Positions 25,602 through 25,646 of a stretch of DNA of 25,646 nucleotides are shown here, one piece after another. Positions within the stretch are counted from its first letter, which is position 1. Each line of letters starts with the position of its first letter. The notes below the pieces were generated by a model. That model had not been told where the DNA came from. It saw only the letters and a program-made list of their open reading frames with translations, and did not search any database. Position numbers and translations under genes: made by a program. This DNA is from an uncultured Nitrospirales bacterium (GTDB taxonomy: Bacteria > Hydrogenedentota > Hydrogenedentia > Hydrogenedentales > JAGMZX01): contig CAZMVU010000049.1 of NCBI GenBank assembly GCA_964569295.1, positions 1-25,646 on the forward strand. Direction: 5' to 3'.

Positions 25602-25646
25602 GCACCCATGCTACCCGCGAAGGGCCGGAATGTCAATATAAACGGT

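Overview
This is a high-GC (~65%) bacterial chromosomal segment, densely coded on both strands, with ribosome-binding sites of the AGGAGG/GGAGG type. The centrepiece is a minus-strand Family 1 encapsulin locus at 5039-7100: a protein with two PRC-barrel domains, then an encapsulated ferritin-like cargo (EncFtn) carrying a C-terminal targeting peptide, then the encapsulin shell protein. Downstream of it on the same strand lie a small coiled-coil protein, a class V aminotransferase (cysteine-desulfurase fold), a vWA lipoprotein and a zinc-ribbon membrane protein. Upstream of it is an acidic, Pro-rich lipoprotein. On the plus strand there is a TetR-family regulator followed by iorA, iorB, paaK and an ACT-domain gene, which together form an arylpyruvate/arylacetyl-CoA module. 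Further along the window are a secreted hypothetical protein followed by a (TCAGCAC)x9 heptanucleotide repeat, a sodium:solute symporter with a small membrane subunit and a palindromic promoter region, and a MaoC-like dehydratase. After these come a PtsN-like EIIA domain fused to a zinc ribbon, a small cNMP-binding protein, an RluA-family pseudouridine synthase, a secreted HExxH metalloprotease and a PhaF-like phasin/histone-H1-tail protein with nested 15/45-bp tandem repeats. At the 3' end sits tRNA-Glu(UUC), and beside it are remnants of a serine recombinase and of a Y1 (IS200/RAYT-like) transposase; the transposase remnant is absent from the supplied ORF track. The 5' end carries a MITE-like element with ~30-36 bp terminal inverted repeats. 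Most of the long antisense ORFs in the track are GC-driven artefacts.
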